NCBI GenBank assembly: GCA_017381035.1
Contig: JAFOCW010000047.1
Location: forward strand, 1,065 to 65,064
Source: Clostridia bacterium
GTDB lineage: Bacteria > Bacillota > Clostridia > Oscillospirales > Acutalibacteraceae
Direction: 5' to 3'
Length of the DNA: 64,000 nt
Shown here: in pieces, positions 45,535 through 54,931 of the stretch
Numbering within the stretch: the stretch's first letter is position 1
Layout: each line of letters opens with the position of its first letter
The notes under the pieces: model-generated
Told to the model about the DNA's origin: nothing
The model's database searches: none
Seen by the model: only the letters and a program-made list of their open reading frames with translations
Program-made: the position numbers and the translations under genes

Positions 45535-46632
45535 ATGAAACTTGGTATGGTTGGACTTCCGAACGTTGGAAAGTCGACGTTGTTTAACGCAATTACAAAT
45601 GCAGGGGCGCAGTCGGCGAACTACCCCTTCTGCACTATTGAGCCGAACGTGGGTATGGTAAGCGTGCCCGACGAAAGACTTGAAAAATTAGCCGAAATTT
45701 ATAACCCCGATAAATTTACACCTGCCGTAATTGAATTTGTTGATATTGCAGGTCTTGTTAAGGGCGCATCAAAAGGCGAAGGTCTTGGCAACAAGTTCCT
45801 TTCCAACATTCGTGAAGTAGACGCCATTGTTCACGTTGTACGCTGTTTTGAAAGCGACGACATTATTCACGTTGAAGGCTCGGTTGACCCTGCACGTGAT
45901 ATTGAAACCATAAACTTAGAGCTTATTTTTTCAGATATTGAAATTGCCACACGCCGCCTTGATAAAGCCACAAAGGCGCTTAAGGGCGACAAGTCCTTCC
46001 AGGTGGAAGTAGATTTTCTTAAAAGGCTTATTGCCCATTTGGAAGAAGGCCTTCCTGCACGCAGTGTAGAAATATTGGACGACGCCGAAACCGAAATTTT
46101 AAACACCACCTCGCTTTTATCGGCAAAGCCTGTAATTTACGCCTGCAATATGAGCGAAGACGATTTTGCCGACATTGAAAACAATGCTCACTACGGCACC
46201 GTTAAGGCTTTGGCCGAAAAAGAAAAGGCAGAAATTCTGCCCATTTGTGCGGCGCTTGAAGCCGAAATTTCGGGTCTTGACGACGAAGAGAAGGTGCTTT
46301 TCCTTGAAGAGCTTGGCCTTGAGCGTTCGGGTCTTGACCGTATGATACAAAAGTGTTATTCCCTTTTAGGTCTTATTTCCTACCTTACCGCAGGCAAGCC
46401 CGAAGTACGTGCCTGGACCATTACAAAGGGCACAAAGGCGCCCGGTGCGGCAGGTAAAATTCACACCGATTTTGAACGAGGCTTTATCAGAGCCGAGGTT
46501 ATTGCATTCGACGACTTTATGGCCTGCGGCGGCTCAATGGTTACCGCAAAAGAAAAAGGCCTTGTAAGAAGCGAAGGTAAGGAATACGTTATGAACGACG
46601 GAGATATTGTTCTTTTCCGCTTTAACGTATAA
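45535..46632 (+). CDS. ychF: redox-regulated ATPase YchF
   Basis: [16 protein letters not shown]-like C-terminus, 365 aa. Confidence 0.95.
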   Translation: MKLGMVGLPNVGKSTLFNAITNAGAQSANYPFCTIEPNVGMVSVPDERLEKLAEIYNPDKFTPAVIEFVDIAGLVKGASKGEGLGNKFLSNIREVDAIVHVVRCFESDDIIHVEGSVDPARDIETINLELIFSDIEIATRRLDKATKALKGDKSFQVEVDFLKRLIAHLEEGLPARSVEILDDAETEILNTTSLLSAKPVIYACNMSEDDFADIENNAHYGTVKALAEKEKAEILPICAALEAEISGLDDEEKVLFLEELGLERSGLDRMIQKCYSLLGLISYLTAGKPEVRAWTITKGTKAPGAAGKIHTDFERGFIRAEVIAFDDFMACGGSMVTAKEKGLVRSEGKEYVMNDGDIVLFRFNV

Positions 46633-46681
46633 GAACAGTGTATTTTAAGAATAATAGTAAAAACGTTTTAGGGTGATTAAT

Positions 46682-47380
46682 ATGCCACACTATTATTACT
46701 ACGGCTTTGATATTTACTATTTAATTTTAATTCTGCCGGCCTTTATACTGTCGCTTGGCGCACAGATTATGGTTAGCTCCACATTTTCTAAATACTCAAA
46801 AAGTATTAATATGTCGGGGCTTACGGGTGCTGCCGCCGCCCAGCGTGTGCTTTATTCGCACGGTGTTACAAACGTTAGAATTGAGCGTGTTGGTGGCAAT
46901 TTAACCGACCATTTTGACCCACGGACAAACGTTATACGACTTTCCGATTCGGTTTACGCTTCAACAAGTGTTGCGGCGATTGGCGTTGCGGCACATGAAG
47001 CCGGCCATGCCGTGCAATACGCACAAAGCTATGCTCCAATAAAAATAAGAAACTTTATTTTGCCGGTTGTTAATTTCGGCTCACGCTTTTCTTTTATTGC
47101 CATACTGTTGGGTATTGCATTTGCATACGATTTGCTTATAACCATAGGTATTATTCTTTTTTCCTTTGCAACCCTTTTCCAGATTTTGACACTACCCGTT
47201 GAGCTTAATGCATCAAAACGTGCAATGGAAACAATACGTGGGCAGGCTCTGCTTTCGGACACCGAAGCAAGGGGCGCTAAAAAGGTGCTTACCGCTGCCG
47301 CTATGACCTATGTTGCGGCGGTTGTTATGTCAATTGCGCAGCTACTGAGACTTTTACTGCTAAACCGCAGAAGAAGGTAA
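46682..47380 (+). CDS. membrane zinc metallopeptidase (PF04298-type)
   Basis: HEAGHAVQ (HExxH) plus TM segments. ATG at 46682 (MPHYYYYGFD) preferred over the GTG at 46673. Confidence 0.82.
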   Translation: MPHYYYYGFDIYYLILILPAFILSLGAQIMVSSTFSKYSKSINMSGLTGAAAAQRVLYSHGVTNVRIERVGGNLTDHFDPRTNVIRLSDSVYASTSVAAIGVAAHEAGHAVQYAQSYAPIKIRNFILPVVNFGSRFSFIAILLGIAFAYDLLITIGIILFSFATLFQILTLPVELNASKRAMETIRGQALLSDTEARGAKKVLTAAAMTYVAAVVMSIAQLLRLLLLNRRRR

Positions 47381-47423
47381 TAATTTTACGGTTTTATCAC
47401 ACAATATTGTGGGGTGAACTGTT

Positions 47424-47852
47424 TTGAAAAATTATTTAATTTTATTTGGGCTTGGCGCTTTTTCCTACGGACTTTTAGAGGTTGTTTGGCGTGGATACTC
47501 GCACTGGAGTATGATGATTGCCGGCGGACTTAGCTTTACTGTTTTTTCACTGATTTCCGAAAAGCTTAAAGGTATTCCCTTCCTTTACAAGTGCATTTTA
47601 GGAAGTCTTACGGTAACGGCTATTGAGCTTGTTTTTGGCTCTGTTTTTAATCTGGCTTTAGGACTTGACGTTTGGGACTACAGCAACATTCCACTTAACC
47701 TTTTCGGACAGATATGCCTGTTGTTTTCGGTGCTTTGGGGGTTTCTTTGCATACTTGCCATACCGTTTTCGGGCTTTGTTATAAGAATTTTAAAGAAAAG
47801 TGAGGCAGTATATGAAATATCTGCACAGAACTTGGGCGGAAATAAATCTTGA
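47424..47852 (+). CDS. small polytopic membrane protein (DUF1113, putative ABC-transporter type IV family)
   Basis: 142 aa, four predicted TM helices. TTG start behind a GGGGTGA RBS. Family assignment is from memory of the N-terminal pattern G..SY..LEV.WRG. Confidence 0.6.
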   Translation: MKNYLILFGLGAFSYGLLEVVWRGYSHWSMMIAGGLSFTVFSLISEKLKGIPFLYKCILGSLTVTAIELVFGSVFNLALGLDVWDYSNIPLNLFGQICLLFSVLWGFLCILAIPFSGFVIRILKKSEAVYEISAQNLGGNKS

Positions 47853-48945
47853 CGCCCTTGTACATAATTTCAAACTTATAAGGTCGAAGACCGACGCTAA
47901 AATATTCAGCGTTGTAAAGGCTAACGCCTACGGTCATTCGGTTGATATTGTTGCGCCTGCTCTTGACGAAGCAGGCACCGATTATTTTGCCGTTTCAAAC
48001 CTTGACGAAGCAAAAGAACTTCGTGCTTTGGGAATTAAAAAGCCCATACTAATACTCGGCTACACACCTCCGACTTGTGCTAAAGAGCTAAGTGATTTTG
48101 ACCTTATTCAGACTGTGTTTTCTTACGAATTTGCAGAAAAGCTGAATGAAAACGCTACCGCTTCGGGTGTTACGGTTAACACCCATATCAAACTTGATAC
48201 CGGCATGGGCCGAATTGGTTTCGACTTCAGAAGCGAAGGCTTTAACGAGCTTGTTGACGTAAGAAGGCTTCTTAGATTCAAAAGCTTGAACTTCGAAGGG
48301 GTTTTCACCCACTTCCCCACCTCAGACAGCGACGAGATTTATACAAAAAAGCAGTACGAACGTTTTATTTCGGCTATAGAATACCTTGAAAATGAAGGCT
48401 TTAATTTCAAAATTAAGCATTGTTGTAATTCGGCCGCTTTTTTGAACTTTAAGGCAATGCACATGGATGCAGTACGTCCCGGTATAATTCTTTACGGGCT
48501 TACACCGAGCGAAGATATGAATATTGACAAGGACTTTTTGCCCGTAATGTCCTTTAAATCGGTTGTGTCTATGGTAAAGCGAGTGTCGGCAGGCGAAACC
48601 GTAAGCTACGGCAGGTCCCACACCTTCCAAAACAACGCCAAGGTTGCAACCGTTACCGCAGGCTATGCCGACGGTGTTTTAAGGCTTTTATCGAACAAGG
48701 GCAGGGTGCTTATAAACGGAAAATCCGCCCCCATTGTAGGCAGAATTTGTATGGACCAATTCTGTGTGGACGTTACCGATATTGACGACGTTAAGGAAGG
48801 CGATACCGTAACCCTTTTCGGCGAAGGCCTTCCCGTAGAAGAATTTGCCAAAAACGCCGACACCATAAATTACGAAATTGTTTGTGGACTTTCAAAACGA
48901 GTTCCCAGAATATATATTAAAAACGGTATGGAGTACCGTTTCTAA
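47812..48945 (+). CDS. alr: alanine racemase
   Basis: PLP-lysine motif VVKANAYGHS, HRTWAEINLDAL N-terminus, C-terminal beta domain. ATG at 47812 behind a GAGG RBS. Overlaps the preceding ORF by 41 nt. Confidence 0.94.
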   Translation: MKYLHRTWAEINLDALVHNFKLIRSKTDAKIFSVVKANAYGHSVDIVAPALDEAGTDYFAVSNLDEAKELRALGIKKPILILGYTPPTCAKELSDFDLIQTVFSYEFAEKLNENATASGVTVNTHIKLDTGMGRIGFDFRSEGFNELVDVRRLLRFKSLNFEGVFTHFPTSDSDEIYTKKQYERFISAIEYLENEGFNFKIKHCCNSAAFLNFKAMHMDAVRPGIILYGLTPSEDMNIDKDFLPVMSFKSVVSMVKRVSAGETVSYGRSHTFQNNAKVATVTAGYADGVLRLLSNKGRVLINGKSAPIVGRICMDQFCVDVTDIDDVKEGDTVTLFGEGLPVEEFAKNADTINYEIVCGLSKRVPRIYIKNGMEYRF

Positions 48946-48959
48946 GACGGAGTAAAGCA

Positions 48960-50114
48960 ATGATTTTATACCTTAAAAACAGTGGCGCCTTAGGCCCCGA
49001 CTGCAGCGATTACGAAAAAATTCATTTCGCTGAAAAATATGCCGTAAACGGCGACGTGGTAAAGGCAATTATTGCCTATTTAATAATGAATGACGAAAAC
49101 CCCTTTTCGCTTTCACTCGAACGTAGCGAGGGCCGCGGCACCGCAGAAGAATTTGCAAAAAAAGATATTGAAGAACTGCGCCTTAAGTTTTTTGCCGACC
49201 ACAAAACCTTTTCTTCCTACGTGCCTATAAGAAGCAATCTTTCCAGCGAAGAAAAAAGGATTGGCAAATTGATTGAAAGGTTTGCGCTTGAGCTTGATAA
49301 ATGCAAGGACAGTAACTCTTTTTTTCTAAAGGTAAAAAGCTTTTACAAAAACTACGGAGTTGGCGCATTTGGCATAAACAAGGCCTTTTATATGACGGAC
49401 GGCGGCGAGCTTGTTCCCGTTTCGCATTTAAGGGAAGCCAACTTTGACGATATTTACGGCTACGAAAACCAAAAGCAACAGTTAATTTCCAACACGGCGG
49501 CATTTGCCAAGGGTAACACGGCCAACAACGTGCTTCTTTACGGCGATAGCGGTACCGGAAAATCAACTTCGGTTAAGGCGGCGCTTAACACCTTTTTTGC
49601 CGACGGGGTAAGAATGATACAAATTCAAAAACACCAGTTTGTACACCTTTCCACCCTTACCGAACAGCTTAAAAAGAGAAATTACCGTTTTATTTTATAT
49701 ATGGACGACCTTTCCTTTGAAGATTTTGAAGTTGAATACAAATACTTAAAGGCGGCCATTGAAGGCGGACTTGAAGAAAAACCCGAAAACGTACTTATAT
49801 ACGCAACCTCTAACCGCAGACATCTTATTAAAGAAACCTTCAGCGAGAGAGACGGAGCCGACGATATTCACAGAAACGAATCTATTCAGGAAAAAATTTC
49901 GCTTTCCGACCGTTTTGGGCTTTCAATTTTTTACCCGAAGCCAATGCAGGCAGAATACTTCGACATAGTTTTACACCTTGCCGAAAGAACGGGCCTTGTT
50001 TATGATAAGGACACACTTATTGCAGAAGCAAGAAAGTGGGCGGTTAAAAACGGCGGATTTTCGGGCCGAATTGCCACACAGTTTATTGCACAGTTTAAAA
50101 TAAATAATTTATAA
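48960..50114 (+). CDS. DUF815-family AAA-type ATP-binding protein
   Basis: Walker A GDSGTGKST and Walker B ILYMDDLSF, 384 aa. Confidence 0.75.
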   Translation: MILYLKNSGALGPDCSDYEKIHFAEKYAVNGDVVKAIIAYLIMNDENPFSLSLERSEGRGTAEEFAKKDIEELRLKFFADHKTFSSYVPIRSNLSSEEKRIGKLIERFALELDKCKDSNSFFLKVKSFYKNYGVGAFGINKAFYMTDGGELVPVSHLREANFDDIYGYENQKQQLISNTAAFAKGNTANNVLLYGDSGTGKSTSVKAALNTFFADGVRMIQIQKHQFVHLSTLTEQLKKRNYRFILYMDDLSFEDFEVEYKYLKAAIEGGLEEKPENVLIYATSNRRHLIKETFSERDGADDIHRNESIQEKISLSDRFGLSIFYPKPMQAEYFDIVLHLAERTGLVYDKDTLIAEARKWAVKNGGFSGRIATQFIAQFKINNL

Positions 50115-50116
50115 AA

Positions 50117-50157
50117 ACAAAAATCTCATACATCGTTCGATGTATGAGATTTTATTT
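50117..50157. terminator. bidirectional terminator between the DUF815 gene and the LCP gene
   Basis: Long perfect stem AAATCTCATACATC / GATGTATGAGATTT (50121-50152) with loop GTTC, flanked by an A-run and a T-run. Confidence 0.8.
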
Positions 50158-51588
50158 TTATTCGGTTTCAGGTGGGGTTTCGGGGGGTGTTTCGGGGGGC
50201 GTTTCGGGGTCGTCTGTTCCCTGCTCTTCGCTCGAGGACGAAGGAGTCGACGAACTTGTGTCGTCGGGTTCAGAGGAGCCTTGTTCTTCACTGCTTGGAG
50301 TTTCTACAGAAGAAACATCGCCTGATGACGTGGTAGTAGAGCTTGTTTGGCTGCTGCCTTGGTCGGTACTGCCGGTTACGGTAGAGCTGACGTCATTCGA
50401 CGTAGCGGGCTTAGAGCTTGAAGTGCTACCGCCTCCCCCTGAAACGAGGTTGCGGTACCATCTGTTTTGCTCTATTCCGTTTTGAGCAATATAGTCTTCC
50501 TGAGTTATGCCGTCATAAATTATTGCGTGAATAATTTTTGACGCATAATTTACGTCGTAATAAAGTGCTGCGCCTGCATAGTAGTTGCAGTAATTATCGG
50601 AAATAACGTAATCGGTCTGGGGAACACGGGTTTGCTGGAAGTTAACCTTTTTACCTAAAACTTCGGTTGCAAGCTTTAAGACCTGACCGAAATCGAGCGA
50701 GGTTTGCATGTGAGGAAGCATTGCTTTTATAAGGGTTGGGTATTTGCTTATGTCCATATCGAGAGCTTTATTTAGAAGCTTTTCCATAACAACCCTTTGG
50801 CGGTCGGTTCTGCCGTAGTCGTTGGCTGTGCCTTCGGCGTTGGAAACGGCACGAATTCTTGCCCAGGCTACCGCCTGCATACCGTTAAGAAGCTGTGTAC
50901 CTGCCTTGGTTACGTAGGGGGGATTTTTAATGCCGAGCCCTTGCGCCTGTTCGCCGATACAGAAGTTAATACCGCTTGAAGAATTGATTTCACGCTGTAA
51001 AACTTCAATTTCAAGACCGCCGACAGCATCTATAATTTCGGCCATACCGTAAAAGTTTACGGTTGCATATTCCTTAATATCAAGACCGAAGTTCTGGTTT
51101 AAAACCTTAATTGCGTATGCGGCGCCACCCCTTGCGTATGCAGAGTTAAGCTTATTTGGCTTGTAGGTTTTACCCTTATATTCGGGCATTGCCACAAGGC
51201 TATCGCGCATTACAGAAATAAGCTTAATGTCGCCGGTATCTTTATTGACCGATAAAATCATTATAGAATCGGACAGTCCGCTGAAGCCCTGCTGACGTGA
51301 GTCAATTCCGAAAAGGGCTATGTTCATAATGCTGTCGTTAATAGGTTCTATTTCATCTATATCGGGGTCTTCAATCTTGTTATAGTTGTAGTCTTTGGTA
51401 AGGTCGGCTATTATGCCAAGGGCAACACCAAACACAATGGCTGCCACAAGAATTATGCTTGTAAGCGAAATTACAATTGCCTTTTTACCTTTAGACAAGG
51501 ACTTGAAGCCGTTTACTATTTTAGAGAAAAAGTCCGATTTTATTCTTTTCTTTCTGGGGGCCGAATGCTTAGAAGTTTTCTTAGCCAT
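50158..51588 (-). CDS. LytR-CpsA-Psr (LCP) family cell-wall glycopolymer ligase with long Ser/Thr/acidic C-terminal tail
   Basis: Basic cytoplasmic N-terminus, one TM, LCP core (ALFGIDSR...SDSIMILS...RD..V). About 110 aa of low-complexity tail. Confidence 0.85.
   Translation of the reverse strand: MAKKTSKHSAPRKKRIKSDFFSKIVNGFKSLSKGKKAIVISLTSIILVAAIVFGVALGIIADLTKDYNYNKIEDPDIDEIEPINDSIMNIALFGIDSRQQGFSGLSDSIMILSVNKDTGDIKLISVMRDSLVAMPEYKGKTYKPNKLNSAYARGGAAYAIKVLNQNFGLDIKEYATVNFYGMAEIIDAVGGLEIEVLQREINSSSGINFCIGEQAQGLGIKNPPYVTKAGTQLLNGMQAVAWARIRAVSNAEGTANDYGRTDRQRVVMEKLLNKALDMDISKYPTLIKAMLPHMQTSLDFGQVLKLATEVLGKKVNFQQTRVPQTDYVISDNYCNYYAGAALYYDVNYASKIIHAIIYDGITQEDYIAQNGIEQNRWYRNLVSGGGGSTSSSKPATSNDVSSTVTGSTDQGSSQTSSTTTSSGDVSSVETPSSEEQGSSEPDDTSSSTPSSSSEEQGTDDPETPPETPPETPPETE
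50164..50208. repeat. 12-nt tandem repeat (about 4 units) encoding (PETP)n at the LCP C-terminus
   Basis: ggtttcaggtgg / ggtttcgggggg / tgtttcgggggg / cgtttcgggg on the plus strand. Translated on the minus strand it gives PETPPETPPETPPETE-stop. Confidence 0.85.
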
Positions 51589-51680
51589 TTTTATTCCCTT
51601 CTTTTATCTTCATTTTAGCGTCTACTTAGTATATCATAAACTTATGGAAAAAGAAAGTATTATTTTATAAATTTATTTTA

Positions 51681-52505
51681 TTATATAATACTTTTATAAA
51701 TGTCGCCTTTTTTAAAGCCGGTGTCGGCCGCCGCTTGTTTTGCGGCCGAAGAGGCCGAAGCGCCGTCTTTCAGGTAGTTCTTTGCAAGCTCTACCGCTTC
51801 TTCAAAGGTATAGGCGGTGTCTTTTGTATCGTCGTAGCCTTCAATAATAAGCACAAACTCGCCTCTTGGCTTGTTTTCTTCCGAGTACATTTCGGCGGCT
51901 TCTTTAAGGGTTGTGTGAATAACCTCTTCGTGAAGCTTTGTAAGCTCCCTAACCAGTGCAATTTTACGGTCGCCAAAACATTCAAGCATATCTTTAAGGG
52001 TGGCCGGCAGTTTATGGGGCGCTTCGTAAAAAATTAGGGTACGCTTTTCTTTTTTAACTTCGTTTAAATGAATTCGGCGGCTTTGCTTGTTTACGCTTAA
52101 AAAGCCTTCAAAACAAAATCTGCCGCTTTTCATTCCCGAAATGGCAAGCGCCGTTATAAGTGCACTGGGGCCGGGCACAGATTCAACCTCAATGCCGTGC
52201 TCGTAGGCAAGGCGCACAAGGTCTTCGCCCGGGTCGGATATGGCAGGCATACCTGCATCGGACACAAGGGCGCAGTTTTCGCCCGCAAGGAGCCTTGCAA
52301 TAATATCGCCGCCGCGCTCTTTTTTATTGTGCTCGTAATAGGCGAGCATAGGCTTGTTTATGTCGAAGTGGTTAAGCAGTTTAACCGTAACACGTGTATC
52401 TTCTGCGGCAATAAAATCTACCGCACTTAAGGTATCTATAGCACGTGGAGAAAAGTCAGACAGGTTGCCAATTGGCGTGCCTACAACGTAAAGTTTTCCA
52501 GCCAT
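51681..52505 (-). CDS. rsmI: 16S rRNA (cytidine1402-2'-O)-methyltransferase
   Basis: GKLYVVGTPIGNL..S.RA N-terminus (tetrapyrrole-methylase fold), 274 aa. Confidence 0.92.
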   Translation of the reverse strand: MAGKLYVVGTPIGNLSDFSPRAIDTLSAVDFIAAEDTRVTVKLLNHFDINKPMLAYYEHNKKERGGDIIARLLAGENCALVSDAGMPAISDPGEDLVRLAYEHGIEVESVPGPSALITALAISGMKSGRFCFEGFLSVNKQSRRIHLNEVKKEKRTLIFYEAPHKLPATLKDMLECFGDRKIALVRELTKLHEEVIHTTLKEAAEMYSEENKPRGEFVLIIEGYDDTKDTAYTFEEAVELAKNYLKDGASASSAAKQAAADTGFKKGDIYKSII

Positions 52506-53227
52506 TATAAATGCCCCTCCTTATAATCTCCGTAAATTTGTATCATTTCCTGGCTTAATTGTCCGTTATTATCGTAAACAAAAAGGGGCGGTAAAATTCT
52601 GGTTCCGCTTTTTGCATCTCGGCGGCCTTCAACCAGCACGAGCCACGGTTCTTCGCCAACCTTTTTACTTACTGTTCTTACCCTTTTTACTTCCAACTTA
52701 TACTGACGCATAAGACAGATTATATCGGAAAGCCTTTCGGGGCGCTGACAAATGCAAAAACTACCCGAAGATTTAACCAGATGGCTTGCCGCCGATATAA
52801 CGTCTTCAAGGGTACACATAGTTTCGTGCCTTGCTACAATGTCTTTATCGCCGCTGCTTAAAATTCCTGCGCCTTCTGCCTTATAGGGTGGGTTGCAGGT
52901 TACAAGGTCGAAAACGCCGAAGGGCAAAACGCCTTTAAGATTTTTTAAGTCGGCATTTATGGGGGTAAAGGTATTTTTTGCAAACTCACGGGCGGTTATT
53001 TTAGCAAGTTCTACCGCTTCTTCGCTTATTTCAACACCAACGGAATTTTGCGCTATACCGTCTTTTAAAAGGAGCATTGACACAATTCCGCAGCCCGAGC
53101 CTAAGTCGCAGTGGTTTTTAACCTTTTTTGCCGCGGCGAAGTTTGCCAAAAGCACTGCATCGGTACCAAAAGTATGATTTTTTGAAACGTTTATAAATAT
53201 ACCCTTGCCGAGCGGTTGACGCTGCAT
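52505..53227 (-). CDS. N6-adenine methyltransferase, tRNA1(Val) m6A37 (YabB/TrmN6-like)
   Basis: SAM motif DLGSGCG and catalytic NPPY (CNPPYK). Start moved to MQRQPLGKG (ATG 53227-53225) with an AGGAGC RBS. yabB-rsmI synteny as in Bacillus. Confidence 0.82.
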   Translation of the reverse strand: MQRQPLGKGIFINVSKNHTFGTDAVLLANFAAAKKVKNHCDLGSGCGIVSMLLLKDGIAQNSVGVEISEEAVELAKITAREFAKNTFTPINADLKNLKGVLPFGVFDLVTCNPPYKAEGAGILSSGDKDIVARHETMCTLEDVISAASHLVKSSGSFCICQRPERLSDIICLMRQYKLEVKRVRTVSKKVGEEPWLVLVEGRRDAKSGTRILPPLFVYDNNGQLSQEMIQIYGDYKEGHL

Positions 53228-53299
53228 ATTCGTTGCTCCTTTCCAACTTAGTTTACAACTACATATTATATCACTTATATATAATACTGTCAATTTATG

Positions 53300-53333
53300 A
53301 AAAAAAACAGAGCAACTTGAAAGTTGCTCTGTT
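53300..53333 (-). terminator. intrinsic terminator after the DUF1836 gene
   Basis: AACAGAGCAACT-TGA-AGTTGCTCTGTT (53306-53332), followed on the minus strand by a T-run. Confidence 0.8.
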
Positions 53334-53337
53334 AGCA

Positions 53338-53886
53338 TTAATTTTCTTTTTGTTCGTTATTTAAAACCTTTATTCCGTTGCCTGCAATAAGCTGGGTTGT
53401 GCCTGCATTTATGGCCATAAAAAGAGATAACTTTGAAATGGCATCTTCAAGGCTTTCGTTATTTTCTTGAATAATTGCCCTGGAAGTTACCACGGCTTCT
53501 TTAAGCATATTTTCGTAGGCTTCGCAGAAAATATCGTAAAGTTCAAAAACCGAACGGTTTTCGGTTTGGGTTTTTATTATTTGACTTATGGCAGGAATTG
53601 GCATAACCGTTTTAAGTGTGGTTATAATAAAAAGATAGCAGATATGCTCTTTAGAATAGCGCTTCTTTTTTGGTGGGGGTATTATGCCAAGCTTAACGTA
53701 ATTGTTTATCATGGCAGGGGTTATGAATTTAGATTCCTGGTCGACCGATAAAAGATAGAGATACTTTTCCATTATGGAAACTACCTGGTCCATATAAAAG
53801 TCGAGCTCGGGTAATTCGGACGTTCGTGGAAGATGAAAACCTTTGACGCTTTGTTCGAACTCTAAAATTACTTCTTTTTTTTCCAT
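53338..53886 (-). CDS. DUF1836-family protein
   Basis: Motif LTPAMINNYVK-like (ITPAMINNYVKLGIIPPPKKKRY) and divergent pairing with a degV gene, both typical of DUF1836. Start probably ATG 53886-53884. Confidence 0.72.
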   Translation of the reverse strand: MEKKEVILEFEQSVKGFHLPRTSELPELDFYMDQVVSIMEKYLYLLSVDQESKFITPAMINNYVKLGIIPPPKKKRYSKEHICYLFIITTLKTVMPIPAISQIIKTQTENRSVFELYDIFCEAYENMLKEAVVTSRAIIQENNESLEDAISKLSLFMAINAGTTQLIAGNGIKVLNNEQKEN

Positions 53887-54027
53887 AAGCATCCCCTTTC
53901 CAAACATTTTTTGTATTATAACACAGAAAAATTATTATTTCAAGCATAAATCAAGCAAAAAACCCCTTGACTTTATAAGTCAAACGAAATATAATAGTTT
54001 TGAAAACGAGATAAAGGAGTTCGTAAA

Positions 54028-54897
54028 ATGTCTTTTTCGATAATTACTGATTCTTGTGCTAACCTGACGGGCGCACAAATTCGTGAATATGATATTAAAG
54101 TTGTTTCCCTTACCTACACCATAAACGGCACCGAATACTTAGGTTACATTGAAGGCGAAGAGTTCGATTATAAAGAATACTATGCGCTTTTAAGGTCAAA
54201 AGAACCCATTAAGACTTCCCTTGTAAGCTACGAGCGTGTTGAAACTGCGCTTAAGGCCGAGCTCGATAAGGGCAACGACGTACTTTACCTTTCTTTTTCT
54301 TCGGCGCTTTCGGGCTCCTGCCAGGTTGCAAGAAACTGCATTGAAGATATTAAAGAAAACTACAAAGACCGTGAAATTATACTTATTGATACCCTTCAGG
54401 CAAGTATGGGTCAGGGACTTATGGTTAAATATGCGGTAGATAAACGAAACGAAGGCTTAAGCCTTAAGGAAACTGCCGCATGGCTTGAAGAAAACAAACA
54501 GAACTTCGTTGCTCTGTTCACGGTTGACGACCTTTTCTTCCTTAAAAGAGGGGGTCGACTTTCGGGTGCGGTTGCAGTTGTTGGTACAATTCTTAATATT
54601 AAGCCGCTTCTGCACGTAGATAACGAAGGCCGACTTACAAGCACCGGCACAATAAGGGGTCGTCAAAAATCAATTGATGCTCTTATTGAAAAAATGGGTC
54701 AGACCGGTATTGACCTTAAAAACCAAGATATCTTTATGGTGCACGGCGACTGTATTGAAGAAGCCGAAGCCGCCGCACAAAAAATTAAAGACCTATACGG
54801 TGTTAAGAGCGTTACAATAAACTACGTTGACCAGGTAATATCTTCACACTCGGGCCCCGGCACACTTGCTATTTTCTTTATGGGAACCGAAAGATAA
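54028..54897 (+). CDS. degV: DegV-family fatty-acid-binding protein
   Basis: IITDSCANL N-terminus, KTSLVS, SGSCQ and RGGRLS motifs, 289 aa. Confidence 0.92.
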   Translation: MSFSIITDSCANLTGAQIREYDIKVVSLTYTINGTEYLGYIEGEEFDYKEYYALLRSKEPIKTSLVSYERVETALKAELDKGNDVLYLSFSSALSGSCQVARNCIEDIKENYKDREIILIDTLQASMGQGLMVKYAVDKRNEGLSLKETAAWLEENKQNFVALFTVDDLFFLKRGGRLSGAVAVVGTILNIKPLLHVDNEGRLTSTGTIRGRQKSIDALIEKMGQTGIDLKNQDIFMVHGDCIEEAEAAAQKIKDLYGVKSVTINYVDQVISSHSGPGTLAIFFMGTER

Positions 54898-54901
54898 AAT
54901 T

Positions 54902-54931
54902 AAAACCGTCTGCTTATGCAGACGGTTTTAT
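54902..54931. terminator. bidirectional terminator between degV and the AI-2E transporter gene
   Basis: AAACCGTCTGC-TTAT-GCAGACGGTTT (54903-54928). Confidence 0.8.

Noticed and set aside
50144-50485. 113-aa plus-strand ORF with a GGVS repeat
   Set aside because: It is the mirror image of the low-complexity Ser/Thr/Pro/Glu tail of the LCP gene. It starts inside a terminator hairpin.
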